Source of the DNA: an uncultured delta proteobacterium
GTDB taxonomy: Bacteria > Desulfobacterota > Desulfobacteria > Desulfobacterales > SG8-13
Assembly: GCA_963848135.1 (NCBI GenBank)
Contig: CAWKCK010000003.1
Coordinates: 806,001 to 870,000 of the forward strand
DNA: 64,000 nucleotides
Direction of reading: 5' to 3'
Part shown: piece after piece, positions 1-10,569 of the stretch
Layout of the letters: each line of letters begins with the position of its first letter
Numbering within the stretch: the first letter of the stretch is position 1
Position numbers and translations under genes: made by a program
The notes under the pieces: model-generated
The model's input: only the letters and a program-made list of their open reading frames with translations
Database searches by the model: none
What the model was told of the DNA's origin: nothing

Positions 1-348
1 GTTTGTCAGCAGGGTATTGGCCGCACAGTAACAGCCGGCACCTTCGGGTTGACCCATTACGATAAGATCGTATCCTTCTCCCTCCACTATCGCTTCCTCG
101 AGGCGCATTTCCATGAAGATATCCTTCGTCATACCGCTGGGAACTTGGCCTTTTTTCATGTCCTCGCGAGCGTTCCCGAGGGTGGTGTTTAATTTGAGGC
201 CCAGGACCTCGTTGAAATTGGCGTTGCAGTCGGCGTCGACCGCCAAGACGGGGGTCTTGCCGGCTTTAACCATATATTTGACCAACAATCCGGCAAGAGT
301 TGTTTTACCGGTTCCGCCTTTACCGGCGAGAGCAACTGAGAATGGCAT
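1..348 (-). CDS. cooC: CO dehydrogenase/acetyl-CoA synthase nickel-insertion ATPase CooC/AcsF (5' part only; runs off window start)
   Basis: Not in the ORF track; translated by hand: MPFSVALAGKGGTGKTT...VLAVDAD...MGQPEGAGCYC. Deviant Walker A (GKGGxGKT) plus the CooC GCYC nickel motif; AAGGAG RBS upstream. Confidence 0.9.
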   Translation of the reverse strand, partial: MPFSVALAGKGGTGKTTLAGLLVKYMVKAGKTPVLAVDADCNANFNEVLGLKLNTTLGNAREDMKKGQVPSGMTKDIFMEMRLEEAIVEGEGYDLIVMGQPEGAGCYCAANTLLTN

Positions 349-788
349 CTGATTTTTCTCCTTTTCGTGCGAATATTAGCACAGTTTTCAATCGTGTTGA
401 ATTTATTTAGGCCAGTTGAGCCATACAGTCAAGTGTCATCGGATCCGGATTACCGTGAGAGAAATTATTGAATGCCCCCCCAGTCCATAGGCATATCAGG
501 CAGATTGGCTGGCAATCTTAACGGGTCTCAAATACCTTGCCAAGGAGGCGAATCATGTGCTAATTGTTACAAAATCATATAAATATCAATACTATCGGAA
601 TTGCAAAATCAAATCACGCTTCGATCGGATACGAGGATATTCATCAACTTTATAGTGGGGCAGACCGGTGAAGAATCAAGGGCAATGTTCGAACGGTAAG
701 CCCCTTTATCGCAACGTATTCTTCAAGCCAATGAAATGAGTGTGAGTGACGACGAACGAGTAATGTCCAAACGATCACAGGAGGATGC

Positions 789-1943
789 ATGGAATTTGAA
801 CTGAACAAAACGCAGAAAGATATCCAGAAAGCCGTAAGAGAGTTCGCTCGAGGAGAGTTTGACAAAGATCTGATCCTGGAACTTGAAAAAAAACATGAAT
901 TTCCAGAAAAAATATGGCGCAAGGCCTGTGATCTTGGATTGATCGGCGTCCACTTTCCGGAAGAGTACTCCGGGCAAGGTTTGGGCTGTCTTGAGGATAT
1001 TCTGGTGATCGAGGAGCTGTGCCGCGGAGATTCGACCATGGGCAGCGCGATTGCCCTGTCGAGTTTTGCCTCCGAAATTATTCTGCACTGGGGCAGTGCT
1101 GAAATGAAGGAGAAATACCTATCCGCGGTGGCCGAAGGCCGGATGCTTTCTGCCGGTGCTTTCACAGAGCCGGATCACGGTTCCGATATTACCTTGATGG
1201 ACACTACCGCCGTAAAAGATGGTGACGAATGGGTTATTAACGGTACCAAAACATTTATTACCAATGGGGGCCTCGCCGGATTCTACTCCGTCATGTGCCA
1301 GACTGAATCTGAGGTAAATCCTACCTACCGTGGGATCAGTATGCTTTTGGTCGAGTCCGATCGGAAAGGGCTGTCGACCATGGATGTGGGCAACAAAATG
1401 GGCATTCACATGATGGCCACGGCCGAGGTGAATTTCAAGGACGTTCGGGTTCCCATCCAAAACCTGATCGGGGAGGAGAACAAGGGTTTTTACCATGTGC
1501 TGCATTTTTTTGACGAGAGCCGGATTCAGGTCGCCGCCCAGGCTCTGGGAATCGCCCAGGGTGCCTTCGACCGGGCACTTGATTATGTCAAGAAGCGGGA
1601 ACAGTTCGGCCGAAAAATCGCCCAGTTTCAGGTAACCCAGCACAAACTGGCGGACATGGCCACAAAAATTGAACTGGCGCGTCTTATGACGTACAAGGCG
1701 GCTTGGAATTTCGATCAGGGGCGCATCGATCCGAAGCTGACGTCCATGGCGAAGATGGTCGCGGCCCGGACGGCCGTCGAAGTCGCCGATGAAGCGATCC
1801 AATTGTTGGGCGGATACGGTTATATGACCGAATACGAGGTTGAACGGTTTTATCGTGATGCCAAGATCACAGAGATTTACGAAGGAACCAAGGAGATTCA
1901 GAAGAATACTATCGCCAGTGCTGTGCTGGGCAAGTTAAAGTAA
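789..1943 (+). CDS. Acyl-CoA dehydrogenase
   Basis: FTEPDHGSD, WVINGTKTFITNG, REQFGR, LGGYGY, IYEGTKEIQ motifs; AGGAGG RBS. Confidence 0.95.
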   Translation: MEFELNKTQKDIQKAVREFARGEFDKDLILELEKKHEFPEKIWRKACDLGLIGVHFPEEYSGQGLGCLEDILVIEELCRGDSTMGSAIALSSFASEIILHWGSAEMKEKYLSAVAEGRMLSAGAFTEPDHGSDITLMDTTAVKDGDEWVINGTKTFITNGGLAGFYSVMCQTESEVNPTYRGISMLLVESDRKGLSTMDVGNKMGIHMMATAEVNFKDVRVPIQNLIGEENKGFYHVLHFFDESRIQVAAQALGIAQGAFDRALDYVKKREQFGRKIAQFQVTQHKLADMATKIELARLMTYKAAWNFDQGRIDPKLTSMAKMVAARTAVEVADEAIQLLGGYGYMTEYEVERFYRDAKITEIYEGTKEIQKNTIASAVLGKLK

Positions 1944-2006
1944 TTCCCGGCGGCAACACCACCATATACGCTTAGAGTTCCTCAGAGAACAGAAAGAGGG
2001 GATGTC

Positions 2007-2321
2007 ATGTTGGAGATTGTCAAAAAAGCCATGATGACGGGAATCGGAATGGCCCTGTTGGCAAAGGACGAGATGGAGGATCTCGCCCGGGATGTTGTCG
2101 AAAAGGGCAAGATGACCGAGCAGGACGGGAAAAAATTTATCAGCGAGCTGCAGAAGAGATATGAGGATGTGCAGGGCAAGCTTGAAGAGCGGGTTGAAAC
2201 GACGGTCAGAGACATACTCAAAAAGATGGATGTCGTTACCGGCGAGGATCTGAAAGCGATCAAGAAAGAAATTCGAGAATTGAAAAAGGCGGTCGGCAAA
2301 GATTCAGATCCTGAGGATTAA
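2007..2321 (+). CDS. Phasin/PhaF-like small helical protein
   Basis: 104 aa: KKAMMTGIG...VEKGKMT...EERVE...MDVVT.EDL; helical pattern typical of this family; sits directly upstream of a UbiB-family gene. Confidence 0.65.
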   Translation: MLEIVKKAMMTGIGMALLAKDEMEDLARDVVEKGKMTEQDGKKFISELQKRYEDVQGKLEERVETTVRDILKKMDVVTGEDLKAIKKEIRELKKAVGKDSDPED

Positions 2322-2394
2322 TTTCTGCTGACAATAAATTGCACCTGATCCTCCGTCCCGGTACCGGATCGGACCACCCGCAGGCAGGCCTCTC

Positions 2395-4092
2395 ATGCTG
2401 AGCATCAGAAAACTCGGCGTCATCGGTCGTACATATCGTAATTTAAACCGCTACCGGCAGATACTGGCGGTGTTGTTCAAGTATGGCTTTGGTGACTTCC
2501 TCGAGTTGCTGAAACTCGATCAGTATGTTGAAGCCGGTTTGCAGCTGATTTCAAAAAAACAACCGGTTCATTTCGAGAAACTTACCCACCCCCAGGGGCT
2601 GCGAATGGCCCTGGAGGAACTCGGGCCGACATACATCAAGTTGGGCCAGATTCTATCCACCCGCCCGGACTTGATACCGGTCGAGTTTCTTCGGGAATTG
2701 GCCAAACTGCAGGATAAAGTCCCACCGTTTCCCGCCCAAGACGCTCGCAGCATCATAGAGAGCGAGCTGGGGTCTACCGTCGAAGACCTTTTTGCCGATT
2801 TCAACGATGTACCATTGGCATCGGCCTCCATCGGCCAAGTTCACCGGGCAACATTGCGCACCCACCAGAAGATTGCCGTCAAAGTCCAGCGCCCCGGTAT
2901 TCAGAAGACCGTTGAAGCCGACCTTGAGATCATGCTCCACCTGGCCACCTTGATGGAAAAAAATATCGAGGAGCTTGCTTTCCACCGACCGGTCAACATT
3001 GTCAATGAATTTGCCCGCACCCTGGAGAAAGAACTCGACTATCAACTCGAAGCCGCGAACTCCAAACGTGCAGCCTTCAATTTCGCATCAGATCCCGATG
3101 TCAGCATTCCATCGATTTATGATGATTTCTCGACGACTCGGGTGTTGACCACAGCATTCGTGGACGGCATAAAAGTTTCCGATATCGAGCGTTTGAAAGC
3201 CAGTGGACTGGATTGTAAACTCATCACCGAGCGTGGTGCCGATATTTTGCTACGAATGATATTCGAGCACGGTTTCTTCCAGGCCGACCCTCACCCCGGC
3301 AACCTGTTTGTCCTTCCGGGTAATGTTATTTGCCTGATCGATTTTGGTATGGTGGGCGCTGTCGACCGCGGCTCCCGCGAGATCTTTGTCGACCTGCTGG
3401 ATGGCCTTTTAAAAAAAGATGCCCAGCGGGTCGCACAGGTCATGCTTCAGCTTACGGATTGGGAAGAGGAACCCCAAACCCGAATTTTCGAGTTGGATGT
3501 TGCCGACTTCATGGCCCGGCACCTTTACAAACCATTGAAGGATATCAGCATCGGCGGATTGCTGCACAACCTGCTTGAACTGGCATCCCGTCACCGGCTC
3601 AGAATTCCACCGAACATCTTCCTCATGATGAAATCCCTCACCACTGTGGAAGGTGTGGCGCGCATGCTCGATCCGGAGTTCGATATCTTCACCACAGCCG
3701 GCCCCTTCATCCGGCGTGTTATTGCGGGCCGTTTTTCACCGCATCGGCTGTCGGGCGACCTGTACAGGTTTGCGGCTGACTTGATTAAATTTACACAACA
3801 ATTTCCTCAGGATCTGCTCGAGATTTCCCGCCTGATCCGTCAGCAGCGGTTCTACCTGAAAACGGAGAATCAAGGATTGGACCGTACGCTGGCGACCCAT
3901 GACCAGATCAGCAACCGCATTGCTTTTTCGATTATCATCGCCGCCTTGATTATCGGTTCGGCCTTGATCGTTATTTCCGAGATTCCGCCTTTGTTCTACG
4001 GTATATCCTTGATCGGTATTATCGGGTTTACGGCCGCGGCTGTCATGGGAATCTGGCTGCTAGTGGCGATTCTGCGAAAGGGTCGTCTGTAG
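2395..4092 (+). CDS. ABC1/UbiB (AarF) family atypical kinase with C-terminal membrane helices
   Basis: LGPTYIKLGQ (KxGQ), ASASIGQVH, AVKVQRP, ADPHPGN, IDFGMVG motifs. Confidence 0.92.
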   Translation: MLSIRKLGVIGRTYRNLNRYRQILAVLFKYGFGDFLELLKLDQYVEAGLQLISKKQPVHFEKLTHPQGLRMALEELGPTYIKLGQILSTRPDLIPVEFLRELAKLQDKVPPFPAQDARSIIESELGSTVEDLFADFNDVPLASASIGQVHRATLRTHQKIAVKVQRPGIQKTVEADLEIMLHLATLMEKNIEELAFHRPVNIVNEFARTLEKELDYQLEAANSKRAAFNFASDPDVSIPSIYDDFSTTRVLTTAFVDGIKVSDIERLKASGLDCKLITERGADILLRMIFEHGFFQADPHPGNLFVLPGNVICLIDFGMVGAVDRGSREIFVDLLDGLLKKDAQRVAQVMLQLTDWEEEPQTRIFELDVADFMARHLYKPLKDISIGGLLHNLLELASRHRLRIPPNIFLMMKSLTTVEGVARMLDPEFDIFTTAGPFIRRVIAGRFSPHRLSGDLYRFAADLIKFTQQFPQDLLEISRLIRQQRFYLKTENQGLDRTLATHDQISNRIAFSIIIAALIIGSALIVISEIPPLFYGISLIGIIGFTAAAVMGIWLLVAILRKGRL

Positions 4093-4241
4093 GGGATAGA
4101 AATACGAATTATGGCGGGCCGGGTCTCGGCGCCGTTTCTAAAAGTGACGCACGTCATATCCGGTACCCCCGTTACGGATACCCTATCAAACGCACCACAT
4201 CGCAATCAATCGCCAGGTCTTGGACAACCCCGATCAATTGA

Positions 4242-5915
4242 TTATACAACGCTATATCCCGGCCCTTCTCCGCCTTCCGGGCAAGTCCAGGTGATGTTTC
4301 GGTAGGGGTCCTTGATGTCGCAGGTCTTGCAGTGAAAGCAGTTGGAGGGGTTGAGCTTCAGCCGTTTTTGTCCCGTCATACCGTCAGTTTCAATTTCGTA
4401 AACACTGCCGGGACAAAACCGCGTACAGGGGCTGCGATAGGTATCGTAACATTGGGTAACGCAAAGCTGGGTGTCGTGGACAATCAGATGTGACGGTTGG
4501 TCTTCGCGATGAATGGTCTTTGACAGGAATACCCCGGTCAATTTATCGACGTAGAGCTCTTCGTCATAGGCGGATTTGTCGAGTTGTCCACTGTCGATGG
4601 TTGTTTCGGCAGTTGCGGGTTTAAGGGTCGTGCTGTCCTCTTCGAGTGGCATATGATCGATCAGCCCGCGTCCTTTGGATACATATTGGGCCCCAAGGTG
4701 GATGAATTTCATCAATCCTTTCTTAGCGAGCGCCTGCGAGAAATTTCTGCCCTCATATATCTCGTTTTTCAACCAGTTGGATTCAAACAGGGACTGATAA
4801 TCGGCAAGAGAGTCTTCGGTAAAGCGGTTGCGCTCCAGGGCAGCGGTAATGGCCTCGGCGGCCAGCATGCCTGATTTCATTGCAACGTGAATTCCTTTCA
4901 GCGCGGGTGAATTGTGAACCGCGGCACAACCGCCGACGAATACAGCCCCATTGACGGCCAGTTTCGGCATGCTGAAATAACCGCCGGTGCTTACGGTACG
5001 GGCACCCTGCTCGATGACCTTGCCGCCGTTGATTATTTTAGCCACAAAGGGGTGCTTTTTGAATCGAATGAACATTTCATAGGGATCGATCAGTGGGTCT
5101 TCATAACCCAGCCCAGTCAGAAAGCCGACAGCGGCCTTGTTGTCCATCATTTCATAAATGAACCCTCCACCGGGCGTGTCCAAACCAAGCGGATAACCAA
5201 GAAAATGGATGTCGTTACCCTTGCTGTTGGAAAAATAATTATCGGCAGGCAGTTGAATCACTTCTTTGATACCGGTTTCGTAAATTTGGGGCATTTTTCC
5301 GGCGGAAACGGCCAGCTGCTTCTCAAGATTTTTGAAAAGGCTGCCCCTGGCGCCTTCACCGAATACCGTTACCTTAGCTTTTAGGTCGATACCCGGTTCG
5401 AAGTTGGCTTTTTGCTCACCCTCCTTGCCCAGGCCTTTGTCGCCGGTGCGAACCCCGGTGACGGTCTGCCGTGCGTCATCGAGCAGCACATCGGTACCGG
5501 CAAATCCCGGAAAAATGTTGACGCCCATCTCTTCGGCGATCCCCCCCAGCCAACGGGTGAATTTCGATTGGCTGATAATATAAAATCCTCTGTTGTGAAG
5601 GTAACGGGGTGCCAGAGGAGCGCGCAGTGCCCGGTCACGGGTCAGATAATAGAATTCGTCATCCCGAACGACGGTCTCAACCGGGCAGCCGTTATCCATG
5701 TGATCCGGCAGAAGCTCGTTTATGGCTTTTGGATTGAGAATGGCACCGCTGACAGCATGAGCGCCGACGTCAGCCCCTTTTTCGATCAGCGCGACCTCGA
5801 GGTTCAGATCTTTCTCCCTGGCTAGCTGCATCAAACGGATGGCACCGGCCAAGCTGGCGGGACCACCGCCGACAAACAAGACATCAAAATCTATGGATTC
5901 GCGCTCTACGCTCAT
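4242..5915 (-). CDS. Electron transfer flavoprotein:quinone oxidoreductase (FAD + 4Fe-4S)
   Basis: RESIDFDVLFVGGGPA, EKGADVGAH..SGA, KGIHVAMKSGMLAAE, C-terminal RFCPGSVYE...NCFHCKTCDIKDP; AAGGAG RBS before ATG 5915. Confidence 0.93.
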   Translation of the reverse strand: MSVERESIDFDVLFVGGGPASLAGAIRLMQLAREKDLNLEVALIEKGADVGAHAVSGAILNPKAINELLPDHMDNGCPVETVVRDDEFYYLTRDRALRAPLAPRYLHNRGFYIISQSKFTRWLGGIAEEMGVNIFPGFAGTDVLLDDARQTVTGVRTGDKGLGKEGEQKANFEPGIDLKAKVTVFGEGARGSLFKNLEKQLAVSAGKMPQIYETGIKEVIQLPADNYFSNSKGNDIHFLGYPLGLDTPGGGFIYEMMDNKAAVGFLTGLGYEDPLIDPYEMFIRFKKHPFVAKIINGGKVIEQGARTVSTGGYFSMPKLAVNGAVFVGGCAAVHNSPALKGIHVAMKSGMLAAEAITAALERNRFTEDSLADYQSLFESNWLKNEIYEGRNFSQALAKKGLMKFIHLGAQYVSKGRGLIDHMPLEEDSTTLKPATAETTIDSGQLDKSAYDEELYVDKLTGVFLSKTIHREDQPSHLIVHDTQLCVTQCYDTYRSPCTRFCPGSVYEIETDGMTGQKRLKLNPSNCFHCKTCDIKDPYRNITWTCPEGGEGPGYSVV

Positions 5916-6346
5916 GATCAATCTCCTTCATTTTTCGATCCGCAGGCCTGAGTATGCGATGCGATGGCCGCTGGCGATAACCCTCATCCGAACGATGTAA
6001 GTGCGTCGGCCTGGGTAATTGGGCCAAACGCACCTTCATTATGCGGGAGTCGATCGCCGCCACCCGTGTACCGGCACTCTGTAGCACGGCTGACGATTTT
6101 TGTAAATCGGATTGATGTCTTGAATATCGTGTCAACAGACTTACTATCTGTCGGGATGAAAATTCATTTTTTCTTAATTATTCGAAGAATCGGGAAGGTC
6201 CATTTTGTAGAGAGCGTCATGAATCATCAGCTCAACCGGTTGCTGGTGATACGCAGATAACCTATTTCGCCGACGCGAGGCTTGGCGAAAGAAACCCATC
6301 AACGACATCACTGTCAAGGTCATTCCAAAAAGAAGGAGGACGATCT

Positions 6347-7363
6347 ATGAATCGCACTGTTCTCATATCGGTTGCCCAGCGACTCGTGGCCGCGGGCAAA
6401 GGCATTCTCGCTGCCGACGAAAGTTCACCGACCATCAAAAAGCGTTTCGACACTATCGGCGTTGATTCCACCGAGGACAATCGCCGGGCCTACCGCGAGC
6501 TACTTTTTACAACACCCGATGTTGAAAGCCATATCAGCGGAGTGATTCTCTTCGATGAAACGCTACGACAGAAAGCCAGTCAAGGCGATCCTTTCCCACG
6601 GCTTTTGGAAAGCCGGAGGATCATACCCGGCATCAAGGTCGATCAGGGCGCCAAACCATTGGCCGGATTCAGTGGAGAGAAGATAACCGAAGGGCTGGAT
6701 GGTTTGCGCCAACGCCTGGCCGAATACAGAGACCTTGGCGCGAAGTTCGCCAAATGGCGGGCGGTGATTACAATCGCAAATGACATTCCTTCTCAATTTT
6801 GCATTGATGCCAATGCCCGCGCATTGGCGCGGTACGCTGCCTTGTGCCAGGAGGCTGACATTGTGCCGATCGTCGAACCAGAAGTACTCATGGACGGCAC
6901 GCATGGCATTCAACGTTGCCAGGATGCGACCGCCGCAACCCTGCAAAGCGTATTTTCAGCACTCTTTGAACATTGCGTCTTGTTAGAAGGTATGCTACTC
7001 AAGCCCAACATGATCCTCTCCGGGACTGATTGCCCGACCCAGGCAAGTGCAGAGGAAGTGGCCGAGAGAACCGTCCACACCTTCCGGCAGGTGGTACCGG
7101 CGGCCGTTCCGGGTATCGTGTTTCTTTCCGGTGGCCAGAGTTCCGAACGCGCGACAGAGCACCTCAATCTAATGAACGCCCTTGGCAAGAGCCCGTGGGA
7201 GTTGAGTTTCTCATATGGTCGGGCATTGCAGGAACATACCCTCAAAGCATGGAAGGGGCGGGTCGAGGCGACCGCAGCCGCCCAGAAAGCATTTTATCAT
7301 CGTGCCCGCTGCAACGGTGCTGCGCGGTACGGTAAGTACAGTAAAGAAATGGAACAATCGTGA
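6347..7363 (+). CDS. fba: Fructose-bisphosphate aldolase, class I
   Basis: GKGILAADES, GIKVD, AKWR, PIVEPEV, LLKPNM (Schiff-base Lys), FLSGGQS, SFSYGRALQ. Confidence 0.96.
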   Translation: MNRTVLISVAQRLVAAGKGILAADESSPTIKKRFDTIGVDSTEDNRRAYRELLFTTPDVESHISGVILFDETLRQKASQGDPFPRLLESRRIIPGIKVDQGAKPLAGFSGEKITEGLDGLRQRLAEYRDLGAKFAKWRAVITIANDIPSQFCIDANARALARYAALCQEADIVPIVEPEVLMDGTHGIQRCQDATAATLQSVFSALFEHCVLLEGMLLKPNMILSGTDCPTQASAEEVAERTVHTFRQVVPAAVPGIVFLSGGQSSERATEHLNLMNALGKSPWELSFSYGRALQEHTLKAWKGRVEATAAAQKAFYHRARCNGAARYGKYSKEMEQS

Positions 7364-8217
7364 GCGGTTTCTGGCAATGGTGGCAGCACATTCCCGAGCA
7401 TTTAGATCCGGTGATCATCAGTATCGGTTCCTTCAAACTGCAATACTATGGGATGATGTACGTCGTCGCTTTTGCGCTGACATACATGCTTGTTGCCTAC
7501 CGGTTGAAACGCGAACGCCGATTTCAGGTTAACAATGAGCAGCTTCAGGCGCTGATCACATACATGATGCTGGGAGTTATCATCGGCGCGCGCTTGGGTT
7601 ATGTCCTTTTTTACAATGCGCCATACTTTTTGAGACATCCGCTGGAGATTATTCTACCGTTCGATTTCTCAGACGGTGTTCGGTTCACCGGTATTACCGG
7701 TATGTCTTTTCATGGGGGGCTCATCTGCGTTATCTTGTTTGCTTGGTTTTATTGCCGTAAGAACGGCCTCAGTTTCCTCGAGATGGCTGATCTTTTCATT
7801 CCGGCGATACCACTGGGGTACACATTCGGCCGTCTCGGTAATTTTATCAATGGTGAGTTGTACGGCCGGATGACGACCGCCCCCATCGGCATGTTCTTTC
7901 CCCTGGCACCTGGAAATTCACTGCGTCATCCATCACAGCTTTACGAGGCTTTCTTCGAAGGCATTTTTCTTTTTATGGTCCTTTGGAGTCTAAGGCGTAG
8001 GATTCGCCTTCCAGGCGCCATGCTGGGGTTTTATCTGATCGGGTACGGCACGGTAAGGTTTTTTATCGAATATTTTCGCCAACCCGATGCTCATCTCGGA
8101 TTCGTTCTGTCTTCATTTTCAATGGGACAGGTGCTGTGCCTGTTGATGATTGCTACCGGTATATTGCTTCTTCTGTTTCTCAAACGCCGAAGCAGAAGAA
8201 TGGCAAGCAGCCACTGA
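7360..8217 (+). CDS. lgt: Prolipoprotein diacylglyceryl transferase
   Basis: GARLGYVLFY, GMSFHGG, GRLGNFINGELYGR, HPSQLYE; GTG start overlaps the fba stop. Confidence 0.96.
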   Translation: MSGFWQWWQHIPEHLDPVIISIGSFKLQYYGMMYVVAFALTYMLVAYRLKRERRFQVNNEQLQALITYMMLGVIIGARLGYVLFYNAPYFLRHPLEIILPFDFSDGVRFTGITGMSFHGGLICVILFAWFYCRKNGLSFLEMADLFIPAIPLGYTFGRLGNFINGELYGRMTTAPIGMFFPLAPGNSLRHPSQLYEAFFEGIFLFMVLWSLRRRIRLPGAMLGFYLIGYGTVRFFIEYFRQPDAHLGFVLSSFSMGQVLCLLMIATGILLLLFLKRRSRRMASSH

Positions 8218-8278
8218 AGGGTATTCAAACCGATCGACCATTTAATCCCATTCACGCTGACAAAAATGGTTTTGGAAG

Positions 8279-9673
8279 ATGACACCACTTTATCTCTACA
8301 ACAGTCTATCCCGCAGGAAAGAAGAGTTCAAACCGCTCAAGGAAGATTACGTCGGCCTCTACACTTGCGGGCCGACGGTCTATAATTTTGCACACATCGG
8401 AAATCTGCGGACCTATATTTTCGAAGATATTTTAAAACGGGTTTTGCTCTACAACGGATATCGTGTGAAGCACGTGATGAACATTACCGATGTCGGGCAC
8501 CTAACCGGTGACCGTGATATGGGCGAAGACAAAATGGAGAAAGGGTCCCTGCGCGAAGGCAAAACCGCGTGGGAGATTGCTGCACATTATACCAAAGCCT
8601 TTCAACGCGACATCGACCAACTCAACATTCTTCCCCCCGATATCTGGTGCAAAGCCACCGATACGATCCCTGAACAGATCACCTTGATCGAGATACTGGA
8701 GCAAAAGGGGTATGCCTATCGAACCTCGGACGGGATCTACTTTGACACGTCCAAGGTTGAAGACTACGCTAAGCTTTCCAACCAAAACCTCGATGCGCTT
8801 CAGGAAGGCGCACGGGTAGAAAAAAATCCCGAAAAGCGCAGTTTGACCGATTTTGCTCTGTGGAAGTTCTCGCCGACAGGCGTCCAACGCCAGATGGAAT
8901 GGGATTCACCCTGGGGGATGGGCTTCCCAGGCTGGCACATCGAATGTTCGGCGATGAGTATGAAGTTTCTGGGAAAAAATCTCGATATTCACTGCGGCGG
9001 GACCGATCACATCGATGTTCATCACACCAATGAAATCGCGCAATCGGAAGCCGCCACCGGGAAGAAGTTTTTCAACTTCTGGATGCATGGTGCCTTCCTC
9101 AACATCCAGGGTGGTAAGAAAATGGCCAAAAGTGCCGAGAATTTCCTGACCCTCGAAAACACTTTTACCCGGCGGGGATTCAGCCCTCTGGTCTACCGGT
9201 TCGCGGCCTTTCTGAGTCATTACCGCAAACCGATGGAATACAGTGACGAGGCTGTGGAAGCCGCGCGCAATGGCCTGGCGCATCTGCAGAACCAGGTTCG
9301 CGGCCTAATGAGCTTAAACCAGGAAGATGGTGCCATCCATGCGGCCTATAAGGAAAAATTTCTCCTGGCCATCAACGATGATTTGAACTTGCCGCGGGCC
9401 ATGGCAGCCGTGCAGGAATTATTAAAGGCCGATATCAGTATGGCAGATCGACTGGCAACGGTATTGGATTTCAACCGTGTTCTGGGCCTCGACCTTGACT
9501 GTGTGGAACAAGACGAGCGCTTGCCCGAGAATCTTCAGAATCTTGTTGAAAGTAGACAAAAAGCCCGGGCAGAGAAAGACTGGGCGCTGTCCGACAGGTT
9601 GCGGGATGAAATCCAGGCCCTCGGATACGTGGTGCAGGATTCCAAAGCCGGTATGAAGGTTTACAAACAGTAG
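8279..9673 (+). CDS. cysS: Cysteinyl-tRNA synthetase
   Basis: YTCGPTVY, HIGN, GFPGWHIECSAM, KMAKS. Confidence 0.97.
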   Translation: MTPLYLYNSLSRRKEEFKPLKEDYVGLYTCGPTVYNFAHIGNLRTYIFEDILKRVLLYNGYRVKHVMNITDVGHLTGDRDMGEDKMEKGSLREGKTAWEIAAHYTKAFQRDIDQLNILPPDIWCKATDTIPEQITLIEILEQKGYAYRTSDGIYFDTSKVEDYAKLSNQNLDALQEGARVEKNPEKRSLTDFALWKFSPTGVQRQMEWDSPWGMGFPGWHIECSAMSMKFLGKNLDIHCGGTDHIDVHHTNEIAQSEAATGKKFFNFWMHGAFLNIQGGKKMAKSAENFLTLENTFTRRGFSPLVYRFAAFLSHYRKPMEYSDEAVEAARNGLAHLQNQVRGLMSLNQEDGAIHAAYKEKFLLAINDDLNLPRAMAAVQELLKADISMADRLATVLDFNRVLGLDLDCVEQDERLPENLQNLVESRQKARAEKDWALSDRLRDEIQALGYVVQDSKAGMKVYKQ

Positions 9674-9680
9674 ACTATCA

Positions 9681-9781
9681 CCTAAAGTGAGCGTTTCAAA
9701 TTTTAAATGGAGGGGGAACTGCTTCATTTATAAGGCATTCTATCATAGTTTGATTTTAAAATTTGAAACGCTCACTTTAGG
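9681..9781. mobile_element. MITE (non-autonomous miniature inverted-repeat element), 101 bp
   Basis: Perfect 27-bp terminal inverted repeats CCTAAAGTGAGCGTTTCAAATTTTAAA (9681-9707, reverse complement 9755-9781), flanked by direct repeat TATCA (9676-9680, 9782-9786); AT-rich and non-coding. Confidence 0.85.
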
Positions 9782-9783
9782 TA

Positions 9784-10569
9784 TCACTTAATCAGTCGAT
9801 GGCGCATCGTTTTCAGACCGAGGATGGTAAATACGAGGAAAAACAGGACCAAATAGGCAAGACTGATCACCGCCGGTGTCTCGCTGGCACCGAGACTCAA
9901 CCGCCGGGTCAATTCCGTAAGATGATAGAGGGGAAAAGCCAACGCCAAAGACTGGGCCCAGCCCGGCAAGTTGGATACCGGGAAAAATGTGCCGCTGAAC
10001 AGGAACATCGGTGTGACAAACAGGAAAATCGGCAGGTTGAACATATCGATGGTCGGCGTGATTCCTGTAAAAAACATACCCACGGCCCCGAAGGCCAGGC
10101 CGCCGAGAAAGGCTGTAGGGATCAGCAACAGGCCGGAGGGAAACTGGATATAGCCCAACGTCCCGAGTACCATCAGCATGATCGTGGTTGCCCCCATGGC
10201 TTTGGTGGCACTCCAGACGATCTCTGCCAGAATGATCTCTTCTATCGACAAGGGCGTTGCGAGCATTCCGTCAAAGGTTTTCTGGTAGTACATGCGCACA
10301 AATGAACCATAGGTGGTTTCAAAGAAAGCATTCCACATAACAGCGGTGGCTATCAACGCAGGGGCAATGAAGGCGGTGTACGGCAGAGAGGTGCCACCGT
10401 AGCGGACATCACCGATCATTCCGCTGAAACCCAATCCGAAGGCCAGGATATAGAAAAGCGGTTCGAGTAGGGGCGTGATGAAATTGACCTTCCAAATTTT
10501 GCGATAGACGATAAGATTGCGTTCCCACACCCTTAAAAACCGCCATGAAAAAGCGGACAAATCGATCAT
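9784..10569 (-). CDS. ABC-2 transporter permease, NodJ-like
   Basis: VWERNLIVY, LLEPLFYILAFGLG, FVRMYYQKTFDGMLATPL, FLFSGTFFP; ATG 10569 overlaps the ATPase stop (ATGA). Confidence 0.88.
   Translation of the reverse strand: MIDLSAFSWRFLRVWERNLIVYRKIWKVNFITPLLEPLFYILAFGLGFSGMIGDVRYGGTSLPYTAFIAPALIATAVMWNAFFETTYGSFVRMYYQKTFDGMLATPLSIEEIILAEIVWSATKAMGATTIMLMVLGTLGYIQFPSGLLLIPTAFLGGLAFGAVGMFFTGITPTIDMFNLPIFLFVTPMFLFSGTFFPVSNLPGWAQSLALAFPLYHLTELTRRLSLGASETPAVISLAYLVLFFLVFTILGLKTMRHRLIK

Noticed and set aside
113..352. 79-aa plus-strand ORF
   Set aside because: Antisense shadow of cooC.
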